From positions 1,145-65,144 of the forward strand of contig RFRO01000001.1 in assembly GCA_009924455.1 (NCBI GenBank): a DNA stretch of 64,000 nt, written 5' to 3'. The notes under the pieces were generated by a model. It was not told the origin of the DNA, ran no database searches, and was given only the letters and a program-made list of their open reading frames with translations. Of the stretch, positions 45,570 through 58,105 are shown one piece after another. The DNA is from Betaproteobacteria bacterium (GTDB taxonomy: Bacteria; Pseudomonadota; Gammaproteobacteria; Burkholderiales; Burkholderiaceae_C). Numbering within the stretch: the first letter of the stretch is position 1; every line of letters starts with the position of its first letter. Both the position numbers and the translations under genes were made by a program.

Positions 45570-46493
45570 TTACCAGGCGGGAGCAGCTTGCGCGAAGCCG
45601 CGCGGGGCCTGCCGCTCATCCTCAAAAGTGACCGTCTCCCATGCCTGCGGTTGCTCCAGAAGGGCGCGCAAGAGGATGTTGTTGAGGGCATGGCCTGAGC
45701 GGCGGGCTTCGTAATGCGCCAGCAGGGGATGGCCCAACAGGTAGAGGTCACCCATGGCGTCAAGAATTTTGTGTTTGACGAATTCGTCGTCGTAGCGCAG
45801 TCCGCCGGCGTTCAACACTTTGTAATCGTCCATCACGATGGCATTGTCCAGACCACCGCCCATGGCCAGCCCATTGGCGCGCATCATTTCCACATCTTTG
45901 GTGAAGCCGAAGGTTCGGGCGCGGGCAATGTCTTTGGCGTAATTGCCAGTGCCGAGGTTGAACTCCACCTTCTGCCCTGTCGAATCCACGGCGGGGTGGT
46001 TGAAATCGATTTCGAAACCCAGCTTGTAGCCGTTGTAGGGGAGCAAGCGCGCCCACTTGGCTTGCGCGCCCGTGCCTTCGTGGACTTCGATCGGGGATTT
46101 GATCCGCACAAACCGGCGCGCTGCGTTTTGCATCACGATGCCCGCGTTTTGCAGCAGGAAAACAAAAGAGGCGGCGGAGCCATCCAGTATCGGTACCTCT
46201 TCCGCTGTGATGTCGACGTACATATTGTCGACACCGAGTCCGGCGCAGGCCGACATCAGGTGTTCCACGGTATGCACTTTCGCTGCGCCGGCGGACAGCG
46301 TAGACGCCAAGCGGGTTTCGGTGACGGCCTGCGGCGAGACGCGGATATCGGGTACGTCGGCAAGGTCCACGCGGCGAAAGACGATGCCGGTATCCGGGGC
46401 GGCGGGGCGCAGCGTCAACTCGACCCGCTGGCCGCTGTGTAAACCGACCCCTACCGCCTTGGTGAGCGACTTCAATGTGCGCTGTTGAATCAT
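45570..46493 (-). CDS. lpxC: UDP-3-O-acyl-N-acetylglucosamine deacetylase
   Basis: GVGLHSG, TVEHL, ARTFGF, HKILD. Confidence 0.96.
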   Translation of the reverse strand: MIQQRTLKSLTKAVGVGLHSGQRVELTLRPAAPDTGIVFRRVDLADVPDIRVSPQAVTETRLASTLSAGAAKVHTVEHLMSACAGLGVDNMYVDITAEEVPILDGSAASFVFLLQNAGIVMQNAARRFVRIKSPIEVHEGTGAQAKWARLLPYNGYKLGFEIDFNHPAVDSTGQKVEFNLGTGNYAKDIARARTFGFTKDVEMMRANGLAMGGGLDNAIVMDDYKVLNAGGLRYDDEFVKHKILDAMGDLYLLGHPLLAHYEARRSGHALNNILLRALLEQPQAWETVTFEDERQAPRGFAQAAPAW

Positions 46494-46554
46494 CATCGTA
46501 TTTTAGAGGCTGCCTATCCCCGCCCGGGCGGCGGAGACAGGGGTTACACGGGTA

Positions 46555-47799
46555 TCAATCAGCCTGTTTGCGCAGGAACGCGGGGATGTCAATGTCGTCC
46601 ATGCCACCGCTGGACATCGCGTCCACCCGCGCCGCTGCTGACGCGCCACGGCGTCCGGCATTGGCCCAGACTTGGGGACGTCCGACATTGGAGAAATCCA
46701 TGTCCGCAATGCGCGGCGTCGGGCTGCCGCCCAAGCTGTTCGTTTGCGCGACGGCGTCGGTCAGCGTGGGGACATTGAATGGCACGTTGTCGGTTCCGGT
46801 GCGCATGACCTGCAGGGGAGGCGCTTGGCGGCGCGGAGCCTGGCGGCTCAGTCCCGTGGCCACCACCGTCACGCGGACCTGGTCGCCGAGCGATTCGTCG
46901 TGCGCTGTGCCGTAAATCACGTGCGCATCCGGTGACGCATAGCCGCGCACCGTGTCCATGGCCAGGCGCGATTCGCTGAGTTTGAGCGAGCCGCGTTTGG
47001 CCGAAATCAGCACCAGCACGCCCTTGGCACCGGCCAGGTCGATGCCTTCGAGCAGCGGGCAGGCCACGGCTTGTTGTGCAGCGATGCTGGCGCGGTCCGG
47101 GCCGCTGGCCTGCGCCGTACCCATCATGGCTTTACCGGGTTCACCCATCACGGTGCGCACGTCCTCGAAGTCGACATTGATGTGGCCGGGCATGTTGATG
47201 ATTTCGGCAATGCCACCCACGGCGTTTTTGAGTACGTCATTCGCCTGGGCAAAGGCCTCGTCTTCGCTGATGTCCTCACCCAGGACTTCGAGCAATTTCT
47301 CGTTCAGGATCACGATCAGCGAGTCCACGTTTTCTTCCAGCTCTGCCAGACCCGCCTCGGCGTTTTTCATGCGGCGGTCGCCCTCAAACGCAAATGGCTT
47401 GGTGACCACGCCCACCGTCAGAATGCCCATCTCTTTGGCCACTTTGGCGATGATGGGAGCAGCCCCGGTTCCGGTGCCGCCGCCCATGCCGGCGGTGATG
47501 AACAGCATGTGTGCGCCTTCGATGGCGCTGCGGATCGAATCCTCGGCTTGCTGCGCCGCTTCCCGGCCCATATCAGGCTTGCTGCCCGCGCCCAGGCCGG
47601 TTTGCCCGAGCTGGATGATCTTGTGGGCCGTGCTGCGTCCCAGGGCCTGCGCATCGGTATTGGCCGAGATGAATTCAACGCCATCGACGCGACCGTCGAT
47701 CATGTGCTGCACGGCATTGCCGCCGCCGCCGCCCACGCCAATCACCTTGATTTGGGTTCCTTGGTTGAATCGTTCTTCATCCAGCATTTCGATGGTCAT
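46555..47799 (-). CDS. ftsZ: Cell division protein FtsZ
   Basis: GVGGGGGNA, GGGTGTG, NVDFED, C-terminal DIPAFLRKQAD; ATG at 47799. Confidence 0.97.
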   Translation of the reverse strand: MTIEMLDEERFNQGTQIKVIGVGGGGGNAVQHMIDGRVDGVEFISANTDAQALGRSTAHKIIQLGQTGLGAGSKPDMGREAAQQAEDSIRSAIEGAHMLFITAGMGGGTGTGAAPIIAKVAKEMGILTVGVVTKPFAFEGDRRMKNAEAGLAELEENVDSLIVILNEKLLEVLGEDISEDEAFAQANDVLKNAVGGIAEIINMPGHINVDFEDVRTVMGEPGKAMMGTAQASGPDRASIAAQQAVACPLLEGIDLAGAKGVLVLISAKRGSLKLSESRLAMDTVRGYASPDAHVIYGTAHDESLGDQVRVTVVATGLSRQAPRRQAPPLQVMRTGTDNVPFNVPTLTDAVAQTNSLGGSPTPRIADMDFSNVGRPQVWANAGRRGASAAARVDAMSSGGMDDIDIPAFLRKQAD

Positions 47800-47854
47800 A
47801 GAGGGCTCCTGGTGGTTTTCTGAGTAGGACATGGTTGCGGGGGTAAAAAAGAGG

Positions 47855-49084
47855 TTAAAAAGTTCCGGCGAAAAAATCTTTGAGCTGGGAGAACGCACTC
47901 TTCACCGAGCCGTTCTTCTGCGACACCTTGATGCCGCGCAGGCGCGCGATGCGGGCCTCTTCCAGCAGGCCCATGGCGGTGGAGGCGCGGGGCTGGGCGA
48001 TCAAATCGGCCAGCGAGCCACGGTACTGCGGCAGACCCCGGCGCACGGGCTTGAGGAAGATGTCCTCGCCGAGTTCGACCATGCCGGGCATCACGCAGCT
48101 GCCGCCGGTCAGCACCACGCCGGAGGACAAGACCTCCTCGAAGCCGGACTCGCGCATCACCTGGTTGACCAGCGTGAAGATTTCTTCGACGCGTGGCTCG
48201 ATCACGCCGGCCAGGGCCTGGCGGCTGAGCATGCGCGGGCTGCGGTCGCCCAGGCCGGGGACTTCAACCTGCACTTCGGGATTGACCAAGACCTGCTTGG
48301 CGTGACCCGCTTCGACCTTGATTTCTTCGGCATCTTTGGTCGGTGTCCGCAATGCCATGGCGATGTCGCTGGTGATCAGGTCACCGGCAATCGGAATCAC
48401 GGCTGTGTGGCGGATGGCGCCATTGGTGAAGATCGCCACATCCGTCGTGCCCGCGCCAATGTCCACCAGCGCCACGCCCAATTCGCGCTCGTCGGCGGTG
48501 AGCACCGACAGGCTCGAGGCCAGCGGGTTGAGCATCAGCTGGTCGACCTCGAGGCCGCAGCGGCGCACGCACTTGATGATGTTTTCCGCCGCGCTTTGCG
48601 AGCCGGTGACGATATGCACTTTAGCTTCCAGGCGCATGCCGCTCATGCCGATGGGCTCCCGCACTTCCTGGTTGTCGATGATGAATTCCTGCGGCTCTAC
48701 CAGCAGCAGCCGCTGGTCAGTCGAGATGTGAATCGCTTTGGCGGTCTCCACCACGCGTGACACATCGGCTTGCGTGACCTCGCGGTCTTTGATCGCCACC
48801 ATGCCGGGCGAGTTGATGCCCCGGATATGGCTGCCGGTGATGCCGGTGTAGACGCGCGTGATCTTGCAGTCGGCCATCAGTTCGGCTTCTTTGAGCGCCT
48901 GCTGGATGCTGGCCACCGTGGCGTCAATGTTGACGACCACGCCGCGCTTGAGGCCGAAGCTGGGCGCAATGCCGTAGCCAGCCAGTTTCAGTTCGCCATT
49001 GGCCATCACCTCTGCGACCACCGCCATCACTTTCGCGGTGCCGATATCCAGGCCAATGACCAGATCTTTGTATTCTTTTGCCAT
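47855..49084 (-). CDS. ftsA: Cell division protein FtsA
   Basis: GLDIGT, VDIGAGTT, VLTGG. Confidence 0.97.
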   Translation of the reverse strand: MAKEYKDLVIGLDIGTAKVMAVVAEVMANGELKLAGYGIAPSFGLKRGVVVNIDATVASIQQALKEAELMADCKITRVYTGITGSHIRGINSPGMVAIKDREVTQADVSRVVETAKAIHISTDQRLLLVEPQEFIIDNQEVREPIGMSGMRLEAKVHIVTGSQSAAENIIKCVRRCGLEVDQLMLNPLASSLSVLTADERELGVALVDIGAGTTDVAIFTNGAIRHTAVIPIAGDLITSDIAMALRTPTKDAEEIKVEAGHAKQVLVNPEVQVEVPGLGDRSPRMLSRQALAGVIEPRVEEIFTLVNQVMRESGFEEVLSSGVVLTGGSCVMPGMVELGEDIFLKPVRRGLPQYRGSLADLIAQPRASTAMGLLEEARIARLRGIKVSQKNGSVKSAFSQLKDFFAGTF

Positions 49085-49103
49085 CGTGTTTACCTTCGTG
49101 CTG

Positions 49104-49886
49104 TTATTTCGGTTTGACCATCGCCAGCGTGGTCACGTTGCGCAAGCGCAGCGCATAGGCATGCTCGTACCGCAGGTCCGCATATTCCAAAGAACCGGCA
49201 TTGCGGCCATAGCGCTGGGCCACGGCGGGCAGGGTTTGCAAGAAGCGCTCGGTGCGTTCCAGGACAGCGGCCTTGTCCGACCCACCCAGTTCCAGGTGCG
49301 CGCCCGATTCGAGGCCAATGCGCCAATTGCCCCGTGCGCTCAGTTCAACCTGCACCAACTCCATTCCGACCCGGTTCAGCGGCGCCAGCAAGGTCTGGTA
49401 CATGTCCCAGACTTGTGCGCCCGATCCGGCCGGCCCAGCCAAGCGGGGCAGGGTATTGGGTTCAACTTCATCGATATTGGCGTCAAATACTTCGCCAAAG
49501 CTGTTGAGCATGCGCGAGTCGCCTTCTGCGCCCCAGTACGCAACCGGTTGGTGCTCCTGCAGTTCGACCCGCAGGCGGTTGGGAAAGTCACGCCGCACCA
49601 CTGCCCGGCGCACCCAGGGCATGGATTCATAGGATTCGCGGATCGCCGTTAGGTTCGCGGTGAAAAAAGTTCCGCGCATGCGGGGCAGCACATTGGCGCG
49701 CATGCTGGGGATGTTGTTGTGCACCACATCGCCACGCACCGTGATGCGCTGGATGTCAAACACCGGCAGCCGCGCCACCCAGCGCGCCGCCGAGACCAGT
49801 CCCAGCAACACGAATACCCCGGCCAATGCAGCCGCGGTCGCATTCATCAACCGGATGTCCATAGCTGGCGCGGCGGTTTCGCTCAT
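49104..49886 (-). CDS. ftsQ: Cell division protein FtsQ
   Basis: TM, POTRA ([14 protein letters not shown]), DLRY. Confidence 0.92.
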   Translation of the reverse strand: MSETAAPAMDIRLMNATAAALAGVFVLLGLVSAARWVARLPVFDIQRITVRGDVVHNNIPSMRANVLPRMRGTFFTANLTAIRESYESMPWVRRAVVRRDFPNRLRVELQEHQPVAYWGAEGDSRMLNSFGEVFDANIDEVEPNTLPRLAGPAGSGAQVWDMYQTLLAPLNRVGMELVQVELSARGNWRIGLESGAHLELGGSDKAAVLERTERFLQTLPAVAQRYGRNAGSLEYADLRYEHAYALRLRNVTTLAMVKPK

Positions 49887-50881
49887 GGACGCTGTCCTCC
49901 CGCACCCTTGTGGTTGTCCAGGGAGGCGGATGCCAGGATGCGCAGGCACAGGTCTGCGTATCCGATGCCCGCCGATTGCGCCGCCATCGGAACCAATGAA
50001 TGGCTGGTCATGCCCGGGGAGGTATTCATTTCCAGCAAAAACGGTTTGCGGTCGCTGGCGCGCAGCATCAAATCGGCACGGCCCCAACCCCTGCAGCCCA
50101 GGTTGCGGTAGGCGGCCAGCACCAGACGGGCGATTTCCGCCTCTTCGGCTGCCGGCAGGCCGCTGGGGCAGTGGTAAGACACGGCGTCGGTGAAATATTT
50201 GTTCTGGTAGTCGTACGCGCCTTCGGGTGCCTGAATGCGCACCACCGGCAGCGCTTGCGCAGTGGCACCCGCGCCCAGCACGGCGCATGTCACTTCTTCG
50301 CCGCTGATGAATTCTTCGCAGAGCACGTGGGGGTCGAAGCGCGCCGACAGTGCGACGGCGGCTTGCAGCGTGTCTGCACGTGTCACCTTGGTGACGCCCA
50401 GCGAAGATCCTTCGCGCGGTGGCTTGACGATCAGCGGCAGACCGAGTTGCGCGGGAACGCCTGCCGCTGCGGCTTGCAGTGCGGCTGTGCCTGCGGGGCT
50501 GCTATCCGATGCGTCCAGCACCACCGATTGCGGGGTGGGTAGGCCTTCGGCCCGCCACAGGCGCTTGGTCATCACTTTGTCCATAGCCACGGCAGAAGCC
50601 ATGACCCCCGAGCCCGTGTAGGGAATGCCCAGCAGCTCCAAAGCACCTTGCACCGTGCCGTCTTCACCAAAGCGACCATGCAAGGCGATGAAGCAGCGCG
50701 CAACACCATCGCGCCGCAACGCCGCCAGATTGCCCTGGGCTGGGTCAAAGGGGTGGGCATCCACGCCCATTGAGCGCAGGGCTTCCAGCACGCCGTTGCC
50801 GGAGAGCAGCGAGATATCGCGCTCGGCGGATGCGCCGCCCATGAGCACGGCCACGCGGCCCATGTCGTGTGCGACGCTCAT
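49883..50881 (-). CDS. ddl: D-alanine--D-alanine ligase
   Basis: [27 protein letters not shown]. Confidence 0.95.
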   Translation of the reverse strand: MSVAHDMGRVAVLMGGASAERDISLLSGNGVLEALRSMGVDAHPFDPAQGNLAALRRDGVARCFIALHGRFGEDGTVQGALELLGIPYTGSGVMASAVAMDKVMTKRLWRAEGLPTPQSVVLDASDSSPAGTAALQAAAAGVPAQLGLPLIVKPPREGSSLGVTKVTRADTLQAAVALSARFDPHVLCEEFISGEEVTCAVLGAGATAQALPVVRIQAPEGAYDYQNKYFTDAVSYHCPSGLPAAEEAEIARLVLAAYRNLGCRGWGRADLMLRASDRKPFLLEMNTSPGMTSHSLVPMAAQSAGIGYADLCLRILASASLDNHKGAGGQRP

Positions 50882-52287
50882 GCCTGGCCTCCTTGCAACA
50901 AGGCCACTACCTGGCCGGGAATTGCGCCGATGGTGCCGGCACCCATGCACAAGAGCACGTCGCCGTCGCGGGCACTTTCAATAGCCATCTGCGCCATGCC
51001 ATGGATATCGGCCACAAACTGTGGCTCCACCTTGCCCGCCACGCGCAGCGCGCGCGCCAGCGAGCGGCCGTCGGCGGCGACGATGGGTGCCTCGCCGGCG
51101 GCGTAGACCTCGGCCAGCAATACCGCGTCGGCGTGGCCGATCACGGTCACAAAATCATCGAAGCAGTCGCGGGTGCGGGTGTAGCGGTGGGGCTGGAACG
51201 CCAGCACCAAACGCCGGCCCGGGAAAGCACCGCGCGCAGCCGCCAGTGTGGCGGCCATCTCGACCGGGTGGTGGCCATAGTCGTCCACCACGGTGATACG
51301 CCCGCCCTGCGGCAGCGGCCAGTCGCCATAGGGCTGAAAACGCCGCCCCACACCTTTGAATTCAGCCAGCGCTTTGAGCAGCGCGGCGTCGGGCACATTG
51401 AGCTCCACCGCCACGCAAATCGCCGCCAGCGCGTTGCGTACATTGTGTTCGCCGGGCAGGTTGAGCACCACCTCCAGGTCCGGCAAGACCACGCCGTTGC
51501 GCCGGGTCACGGTGAAATGCATGTGCGAACCGACGGCGCGCACGTGGGTCGCGCGGACCTGCGCACCTTCGTCAAAACCGTAGCTGGTGATCGGGCAGCT
51601 CACCTCATCGACGATGGCGCGCACGGCCGGATCGTCGGTGCACAAAATCGCCGTGCCATAAAAAGGCATGCGGTGCAAAAAGTCGACAAAGGCTTTTTGC
51701 AAACGGGCAAAGTCATGCCCGTAGGTTTCCATGTGGTCGGCGTCGATATTGGTCACCACCGCCATGATGGGCAGCAGGTTCAGGAACGAGGCGTCGGATT
51801 CATCGGCTTCGACCACGATGTAGTCACCACTGCCCAAGCGCGCGTTGGCCCCGGCACTGTTCAGACGCCCGCCGATCACAAAGGTCGGATCCAAGCCGGC
51901 GGCCGCCAGCACGCTGGCCACCAGGCTGGTGGTGGTGGTTTTGCCGTGGGTCCCTGCAATCGCAATACCCTGCTTCAAGCGCATCAGCTCGGCCAGCATC
52001 AGGGCGCGCGGGACGATGGGGATATGCAATTCGCGGGCGCGCAGCACCTCAGGGTTGCTGCTTTGCACGGCGGTGGAGGTGACCACCGCGTCCGCGCCAT
52101 CGACGTGCTGCGCAGCGTGCCCGATCCGGGTCGCAATGCCCAGGGCTGCCAGGCGTTGGAGTGTGGCGCTGTCGTTCAGGTCCGAGCCGCTGATCTCGTA
52201 GCCCAGGTTGTGCAGCACTTCGGCAATGCCGCTCATGCCCGAGCCGCCGATGCCGACAAAGTGGATGTGGCGAATGGCGTGCTTCAT
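50878..52287 (-). CDS. murC: UDP-N-acetylmuramate--L-alanine ligase
   Basis: [30 protein letters not shown]. Confidence 0.96.
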   Translation of the reverse strand: MKHAIRHIHFVGIGGSGMSGIAEVLHNLGYEISGSDLNDSATLQRLAALGIATRIGHAAQHVDGADAVVTSTAVQSSNPEVLRARELHIPIVPRALMLAELMRLKQGIAIAGTHGKTTTTSLVASVLAAAGLDPTFVIGGRLNSAGANARLGSGDYIVVEADESDASFLNLLPIMAVVTNIDADHMETYGHDFARLQKAFVDFLHRMPFYGTAILCTDDPAVRAIVDEVSCPITSYGFDEGAQVRATHVRAVGSHMHFTVTRRNGVVLPDLEVVLNLPGEHNVRNALAAICVAVELNVPDAALLKALAEFKGVGRRFQPYGDWPLPQGGRITVVDDYGHHPVEMAATLAAARGAFPGRRLVLAFQPHRYTRTRDCFDDFVTVIGHADAVLLAEVYAAGEAPIVAADGRSLARALRVAGKVEPQFVADIHGMAQMAIESARDGDVLLCMGAGTIGAIPGQVVALLQGGQA

Positions 52288-53360
52288 GCGCTGAGTTCCT
52301 CGCAGGCCGCCGCCATGGCTGCGGTCGCCTCGGTTTTTTCCATGGCCTTGGCCGCTTGCGCGCGCTGCAGCAATGCTTCGCGGTCCAGTTGTTGCAGCAT
52401 CTGCGCCAGGTGTGCGGGCGTGAGATCCGGCTGCGGAACCAGCCAACCGCCTCCGGCGTCCACCAAAAAGCGGGCGTTGTGGGTTTGGTGGTCGTCCACT
52501 GCAAATGGGAAGGGCACGAAGACAGCCGCCGCACCGACGGCGGCGATTTCGGTGACCGTGCTCGCACCCGCGCGGCACAGCACCAGGTCGGCGTCGGCAA
52601 AGGCCTGTGCCGTGTTGTCGATAAACGGGGTCAGCGTGGCCTGTACCCCGGCTGCGGCGTAGTTGCTGCGGAGTTCGTCAATTTGTTTTTCGCCGCTTTG
52701 GTGGATGACGATGGGGCGCTGCGTGGGCTCTATCAAGGCCAGCGCTTGCGGCACCACGGTATTCAATGCGCGGGCACCCAGGCTGCCGCCGACCACCAGC
52801 AGCCGCAGCGGGCCGCGGCGTCCGGCAAAACGCTGCGCGGGCGCAGCTTGCTGCAGAAATTCCGCACGCAACGGGTTACCCACCCACCGTGCGGCGGGCA
52901 AAGCGTTGGGGTACGCGCTGAATACGCGCTGCGCCAGGCGCGCCAGCAGCTTGTTGGACACGCCCGCGATAGCGTTTTGTTCGTGCAAGACCAGCGGTAT
53001 GCGCAGCAGCGCCGCTGTCAAACCGGCGGGCAGGCTGATGTAGCCACCCAAGCCCACTACCACGGACGGACGCAGGCGGCGCAGTAGCGCCAGACTTTGG
53101 CTGCAAGCCCGCAACAGCCGCCAGGGCGCTGCCAGCAAGGCCAGCTTGCCTTTGCCGCGCACACCCTGGAAGTCAATCCATTCCATGGCGAAGCCATGCG
53201 GGGGCACGATGCGGGATTCCATGCTGCCCGGCGCACCCAGCCAGCGCACGTTCCAACCGGAACTCCGCAAAGCCTGCGCCACGGCCAGGCCCGGAAAAAT
53301 ATGCCCGCCGGTGCCGCCGGCCATGACCAGCGCGCTGCGCGGGATGGCGACAGTGGTCAT
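52284..53360 (-). CDS. murG: Lipid II GlcNAc transferase
   Basis: [28 protein letters not shown]. Confidence 0.96.
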   Translation of the reverse strand: MTTVAIPRSALVMAGGTGGHIFPGLAVAQALRSSGWNVRWLGAPGSMESRIVPPHGFAMEWIDFQGVRGKGKLALLAAPWRLLRACSQSLALLRRLRPSVVVGLGGYISLPAGLTAALLRIPLVLHEQNAIAGVSNKLLARLAQRVFSAYPNALPAARWVGNPLRAEFLQQAAPAQRFAGRRGPLRLLVVGGSLGARALNTVVPQALALIEPTQRPIVIHQSGEKQIDELRSNYAAAGVQATLTPFIDNTAQAFADADLVLCRAGASTVTEIAAVGAAAVFVPFPFAVDDHQTHNARFLVDAGGGWLVPQPDLTPAHLAQMLQQLDREALLQRAQAAKAMEKTEATAAMAAACEELSA

Positions 53361-54634
53361 GAACGACCCCCTTGCATCATGCGGCGGTTCTCGTGGTCCA
53401 CCCGCAGCACGATAGCCAGCGCCACCAGATTGATCAGGATGGCGGAGCCGCCGTAGCTCATGAGCGGCAGGGTCAGCCCTTTGGTGGGCAGCGCGCCCAG
53501 GTTCACGCCCATATTGATAAAGGCTTGGAAGCCCATCCAAATGGCCACGCCTTGCGCCACCAGGCCCGGGAACACCCGATCCAGCGCGATGGCCTGGCGC
53601 CCGATGTGCATGATGCGGCGGGTCAACCACAGGAACAGGGCGATCAGCATGACCACGCCCACCAAGCCCATTTCCTCACCAATCACGGCCAATAGAAAAT
53701 CGGTGTGCGCTTCTGGCAGCCAGTGCAGTTTTTCCACGCTGCCACCCAAACCCACGCCAAAAATCTCGCCGCGCCCGATGGCAATCAGCGAATGCGACAG
53801 TTGGTAGCCTTTGCCCAAGGCATATTTCTCAGCCCAGGGATCCAGGTAGGCAAAAATCCGCTCGCGCCGCCATTCGCTCAGGGCAATCATCAAGCTGAAG
53901 GCGATCAGCAGGATGGCGGTAATAGAGGCAAACATGCGCACATTCACACCGCCCAAGAACAGGATGCCCATGGCGATCACGGCAATCACCATGAACGCGC
54001 CCATATCGGGCTCCCACAACAGCAGCACGCCCATGGCCCCCACCGCAAACGCCATCGGCATCACGGCGCGGAAGAAATCCTCTTTGACATCCATCTTGCG
54101 GACCATGTAGTCGGCGGCATACAGCAGCACGGCGAGCTTGGCCAGTTCAGACGGTTGAAAGTTCGTGGGCCCCAAAGTGATCCAGCGCTTGGCACCGTTC
54201 ACACCCTTGCCCAGGCCGGGCAGCAACACAGCCGCCAGCAGCACCAGGGATGCCAGGAACAGCATCGGTGCCCACCGCTCCCATTTCTCCAGGGGTACTT
54301 GAAAGGCGATCAGCGCGCCCACCAGCGCCACAACAATCGACAGGATGTGGCGGCTCAGGAAATGGGTGTGGGTGTAGTTGGAAAACTTGGGGTTATCCGG
54401 CATGGCGATGGAGGCGGAATACACCATCACCAGGCCCCAGATCAGCAAAATGCCCACTACCCACAACAGGGCCACGTCAACCGTGTGCAACTGCACGGCC
54501 TGTGGGCTGACGCCGCTCTGGGTGTGAACGTATGCGCTGCGGCGTGCGCCCAGTTGGACCGGCAGCGCTTCATCTTGCTCGGTGCCGCCAAACCAGCGCT
54601 TCAAAGGATTGAGCTTGAGTACCGACTGCATCAT
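53357..54634 (-). CDS. ftsW: SEDS peptidoglycan polymerase FtsW
   Basis: [29 protein letters not shown]. Confidence 0.95.
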   Translation of the reverse strand: MMQSVLKLNPLKRWFGGTEQDEALPVQLGARRSAYVHTQSGVSPQAVQLHTVDVALLWVVGILLIWGLVMVYSASIAMPDNPKFSNYTHTHFLSRHILSIVVALVGALIAFQVPLEKWERWAPMLFLASLVLLAAVLLPGLGKGVNGAKRWITLGPTNFQPSELAKLAVLLYAADYMVRKMDVKEDFFRAVMPMAFAVGAMGVLLLWEPDMGAFMVIAVIAMGILFLGGVNVRMFASITAILLIAFSLMIALSEWRRERIFAYLDPWAEKYALGKGYQLSHSLIAIGRGEIFGVGLGGSVEKLHWLPEAHTDFLLAVIGEEMGLVGVVMLIALFLWLTRRIMHIGRQAIALDRVFPGLVAQGVAIWMGFQAFINMGVNLGALPTKGLTLPLMSYGGSAILINLVALAIVLRVDHENRRMMQGGRS

Positions 54635-56169
54635 GCGGCGGCCTCCAACAGCTTGCCACTGCGCTGCGCCAGCGTTGCGACCGACTCCACAAACACCCGG
54701 GCGCGGTGGGTGTAGTCATCAAACATGTCAAAGCTGGCGCAAGCCGGTGACAAGAGCACCGCGTCGCCGCTGCGGGCGTGCTGCGCTGCCATCTCAACGG
54801 CCTGCGGCAAACTGTCGGCGTCCAGGATGTGCAGCGCGCTGCTGTTCGCGATCGCGCTGCGGATGTGATGCGCGTCGCGTCCGATCAAGACCACGGCCCG
54901 CGCGTGCGCGGCCAAGGGTGCGGCCAGGGGCGCGAAATCCTGGCCCTTGCCATCGCCGCCCAAAATCACCACCAGCTGGCGTTCTGCGCCCAAGCCAGTC
55001 AATGCAGCGACGGTGGCACCCACATTGGTGCCCTTGCTGTCGTCAAAAAATTCGACACCGTCTATCACCGCCACTGATTGCATGCGGTGCGGCTCGCCGC
55101 GGTATTCGCGCAGGCCGTACAGCACGGGTGCCAGCGGGCAGTCGGCTAGCGTGACCAAGGCCAGAGCCGCCAATGCATTGGTGGCGTTGTGGCGACCCCG
55201 GATGCGCAAGGCGTCAGCGGGCATGAGGCGCTGGATCAGGATCTCCTGCACATCGCCCCGGCGGACTTTTTCGCCCGAATCCACCGCCCGCACCAGCCAG
55301 GTCAGACCGTTCACGTCTTCCAGCCCCAGATCACCGATCCGCGTGGGCAGGTCGCTGCCAAAGCTCAACACGGTGCGTGCCGGTGCCGTGGCTTCCTTCG
55401 GTGCACCGGGGCGTGCCTTTACTTTGGCTGCGGGCGCAGGCGCCATAGCCATCACTGCTGCATCGTCACGGTTCAAAACCATAGCGGCGCGGGTGCCGAA
55501 CACGCGGGCCTTGGCAGCGGCGTAGTCATCCATGTCGCTGTGCCAGTCCAGGTGGTCCTGGCTGAGGTTGAGGACGACGGCCGCAGTCGGCTCAAACGGG
55601 CCGCTGTGGTGCAACTGGAAGCTGGAGAGTTCCAGCACCCACACCTCGGGCAGGGCTTGCGCGTCCAGCGCCTGCGCCAGTGTGTCGAGTAAGGTGGGCC
55701 CGATATTGCCGGCTACCGCAACCGTCTTCCCGGCCCGCGCAATCAGTTGCCCCGTGAGCGCGGTGACCGTGGTTTTGCCGTTGGTGCCGGTGATCGCCAA
55801 CACGCAGGGTGCATACGCACTGTCCGCGTGCAAGTCGGCCAGCGCATGTGCAAACAGGCTGAGTTCGCCACCTACCCACAAGCCCATGCTGCGGGCTGCG
55901 TCGACCAGGGGCGCGGTGTCCGCAGGTGCCAAACCCGGGCTCACGAACACCGCGCGGATATCGCTGCCTTGCACCGCATCGGCCGAAAAATTGCCATGTA
56001 CCAGGTGTGCCTGGGGAACCTGCGCTTGTAATGCTGCGGCTTGTGGTGGCGCGGCCCGGGTATCGAGTACGCGCACCCGCGTACCGTTGCGGGCACACCA
56101 GCGCGCCATCGCCAGGCCGGATGCGCCCAGGCCCAGGATCAGAACGTGTTGGTCGCGCAAAGAGTCCAC
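54631..56169 (-). CDS. murD: UDP-MurNAc-L-Ala--D-glutamate ligase
   Basis: [35 protein letters not shown]. Confidence 0.96.
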   Translation of the reverse strand: MDSLRDQHVLILGLGASGLAMARWCARNGTRVRVLDTRAAPPQAAALQAQVPQAHLVHGNFSADAVQGSDIRAVFVSPGLAPADTAPLVDAARSMGLWVGGELSLFAHALADLHADSAYAPCVLAITGTNGKTTVTALTGQLIARAGKTVAVAGNIGPTLLDTLAQALDAQALPEVWVLELSSFQLHHSGPFEPTAAVVLNLSQDHLDWHSDMDDYAAAKARVFGTRAAMVLNRDDAAVMAMAPAPAAKVKARPGAPKEATAPARTVLSFGSDLPTRIGDLGLEDVNGLTWLVRAVDSGEKVRRGDVQEILIQRLMPADALRIRGRHNATNALAALALVTLADCPLAPVLYGLREYRGEPHRMQSVAVIDGVEFFDDSKGTNVGATVAALTGLGAERQLVVILGGDGKGQDFAPLAAPLAAHARAVVLIGRDAHHIRSAIANSSALHILDADSLPQAVEMAAQHARSGDAVLLSPACASFDMFDDYTHRARVFVESVATLAQRSGKLLEAAA

Positions 56170-56172
56170 GGC

Positions 56173-57351
56173 TTACCTCAGCTTCAAGGTGGACAGGCCG
56201 AGCAGGCACAGCAGCATGGTGATGATCCAGAAGCGCACCACCACCTGGGTTTCGCGCCAACCGGCTTTCTCAAAATGGTGGTGCAAGGGGGCCATTTTCA
56301 GCAAGCGCCGTCCTTCGCCGAAGCGGCGTTTGGAGTATTTGAAGTAACCCACCTGCAGCATCACGGACAGGGCTTCCACCACGAACACCCCACCCATTAC
56401 CGCCAGCACAATTTCCTGGCGCACGATCACCGCGATGGTTCCCAGCGCAGCGCCCAGCGAGAGGGCACCGACATCACCCATAAACACCTGGGCCGGGTGG
56501 GTGTTGAACCACAAAAACGCCAAGCCGGCACCGGCAATGGCGGCGCAGAAAATCAGCATTTCTCCCGCGCCTTTGATATGCGGGAAAAACAGGTACTTCG
56601 AGTAAACCGCGCTGCCGGTCACGTAGGCAAAAACGCCCAATGCAGAGGCCACCATGACCACTGGCATGATGGCCAAGCCGTCCAGTCCGTCGGTCAGATT
56701 CACGGCGTTGCTTGACCCTACGATCACCAGGTAGGTCAGGATCACAAAGCCCAGCACGCCCAGCGGGTAGCTGATTTCTTTGAAGAAGGGCAGCAGCAAA
56801 CCGGCCTTGGGCGGCAGGTTGACATCGAAGCCTGAAGTCACCCACATGCTGAACAGCTCCCAGACGCGCTGGTTGGAGTTTTCCGACACGCTGAAGACCA
56901 GACAAATCGCAGCCACAAAGCCGATCAGCGACTGCCAAAAATATTTCTCCCGCGAACGCATGCCTTCGGGGTCTTTGCGCACCACCTTGCGCCAATCGTC
57001 GACCCAGCCGATGGCTCCGAAGCCCAGCGTCACGATCAGCACAATCCAAATAAAGCGGTTGCTCAGGTCCGCCCACAGCAGGGTCGACACGGCAATTGCG
57101 ATCAGCACCAGCACCCCACCCATGGTGGGCGTACCGCTCTTGCTGAGGTGGGTTTCCATGCCGTAGCCACGCACGGGCTGACCAATTTTCAGCGCGGTCA
57201 GGCGGCGGATCACCGCCGGGCCTGCAGCCAGCCCGATGACCAGCGCCGTCACGGCTGCCATCACCGCGCGCAAGGTGATGTACTGGAACACCCGGAAAAT
57301 GCCGTAGTCGGGAGACATGGTTTGCAGCCATTGCGCTAGCGTCAGCAGCAT
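56173..57351 (-). CDS. mraY: Phospho-N-acetylmuramoyl-pentapeptide transferase
   Basis: [34 protein letters not shown]; ATG at 57351. Confidence 0.96.
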   Translation of the reverse strand: MLLTLAQWLQTMSPDYGIFRVFQYITLRAVMAAVTALVIGLAAGPAVIRRLTALKIGQPVRGYGMETHLSKSGTPTMGGVLVLIAIAVSTLLWADLSNRFIWIVLIVTLGFGAIGWVDDWRKVVRKDPEGMRSREKYFWQSLIGFVAAICLVFSVSENSNQRVWELFSMWVTSGFDVNLPPKAGLLLPFFKEISYPLGVLGFVILTYLVIVGSSNAVNLTDGLDGLAIMPVVMVASALGVFAYVTGSAVYSKYLFFPHIKGAGEMLIFCAAIAGAGLAFLWFNTHPAQVFMGDVGALSLGAALGTIAVIVRQEIVLAVMGGVFVVEALSVMLQVGYFKYSKRRFGEGRRLLKMAPLHHHFEKAGWRETQVVVRFWIITMLLCLLGLSTLKLR

Positions 57352-58064
57352 GTTGCTTCTCCCTGTGGTGTTTTTTCTTCGGCGGCCGGGGCACAAGCCT
57401 GCGTGACGGCCTCCACCACCTGCTCCATGCGCATAAAGCGCGAGCCTTTGACCAGCACGCTGGCCACCTGCGGCAGCAGCGATACAGCGGCTTGGCGCAG
57501 CGCCGGCATGGCATCGAAGTGCTGGGAGCCGGGCGCTGCCGCGTGCGCATGGCGGCTCAGCGTGCCGCTGAACAGCACGTGTTCGATGCCGTTTGACGCG
57601 GCGTAGGCACCGGCTTCGGTGTGGAAAGCCGTGCCTTGGTCGCCCACTTCGCCCATGTCACCCAAAACCAGCAAGCGCGGGCCGGGCAGGTCTGCCAGCA
57701 CGTCGATGGCCGCCCGCACCGAATCCGGGTTGGCGTTGTAGCTGTCGTCGACCAAGGTGATATCGCGCCCGTACAAGCGCAGCGGCAGCGCCCGTGAACG
57801 GCCCTGCACAGGGACGAATGTGGACAGGCCCTGCGACACTGTTTCGGCAGGCACACCTGCAGCCAGGGCGCATGCCGCCGCGGCCAAGGCGTTTTTGATG
57901 TTGTGGCGACCCGCGATATGCAAATCGAATTGCAGGTTCTCGGTTTGTTTGCCGAGCCGGGTCTGCGCCTGCACCCGCCAGTGTCCGCCGTGCCATTGAG
58001 CATCCACCAGACGAACGCTGTCAGGGGTATCCACACCAGCGGCCGGCGTGTCGCTGAAGGTCAC
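57342..58064 (-). CDS. murF: C-terminal part of MurF, out of frame with the MurE-MurF fusion because of a 41-bp duplication
   Basis: [31 protein letters not shown]. Confidence 0.85.
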   Translation of the reverse strand: MTFSDTPAAGVDTPDSVRLVDAQWHGGHWRVQAQTRLGKQTENLQFDLHIAGRHNIKNALAAAACALAAGVPAETVSQGLSTFVPVQGRSRALPLRLYGRDITLVDDSYNANPDSVRAAIDVLADLPGPRLLVLGDMGEVGDQGTAFHTEAGAYAASNGIEHVLFSGTLSRHAHAAAPGSQHFDAMPALRQAAVSLLPQVASVLVKGSRFMRMEQVVEAVTQACAPAAEEKTPQGEATCC

Positions 58065-58105
58065 GGGGTATCCACACCAGCGGCCGGCGTGTCGCTGAAG
58101 GTCAC
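58024..58105. repeat. Perfect 41-bp tandem duplication (2 copies)
   Basis: GGGGTATCCACACCAGCGGCCGGCGTGTCGCTGAAGGTCAC at 58024-58064 and 58065-58105. Confidence 0.97.

Noticed and set aside
49883-52287. Absence of murB between murC and ddl
   Set aside because: Normal for beta- and gammaproteobacterial dcw clusters
58024-58105. 41-bp repeat as a CRISPR array or IS target duplication
   Set aside because: Two adjacent copies with no spacer, no cas genes and no transposase
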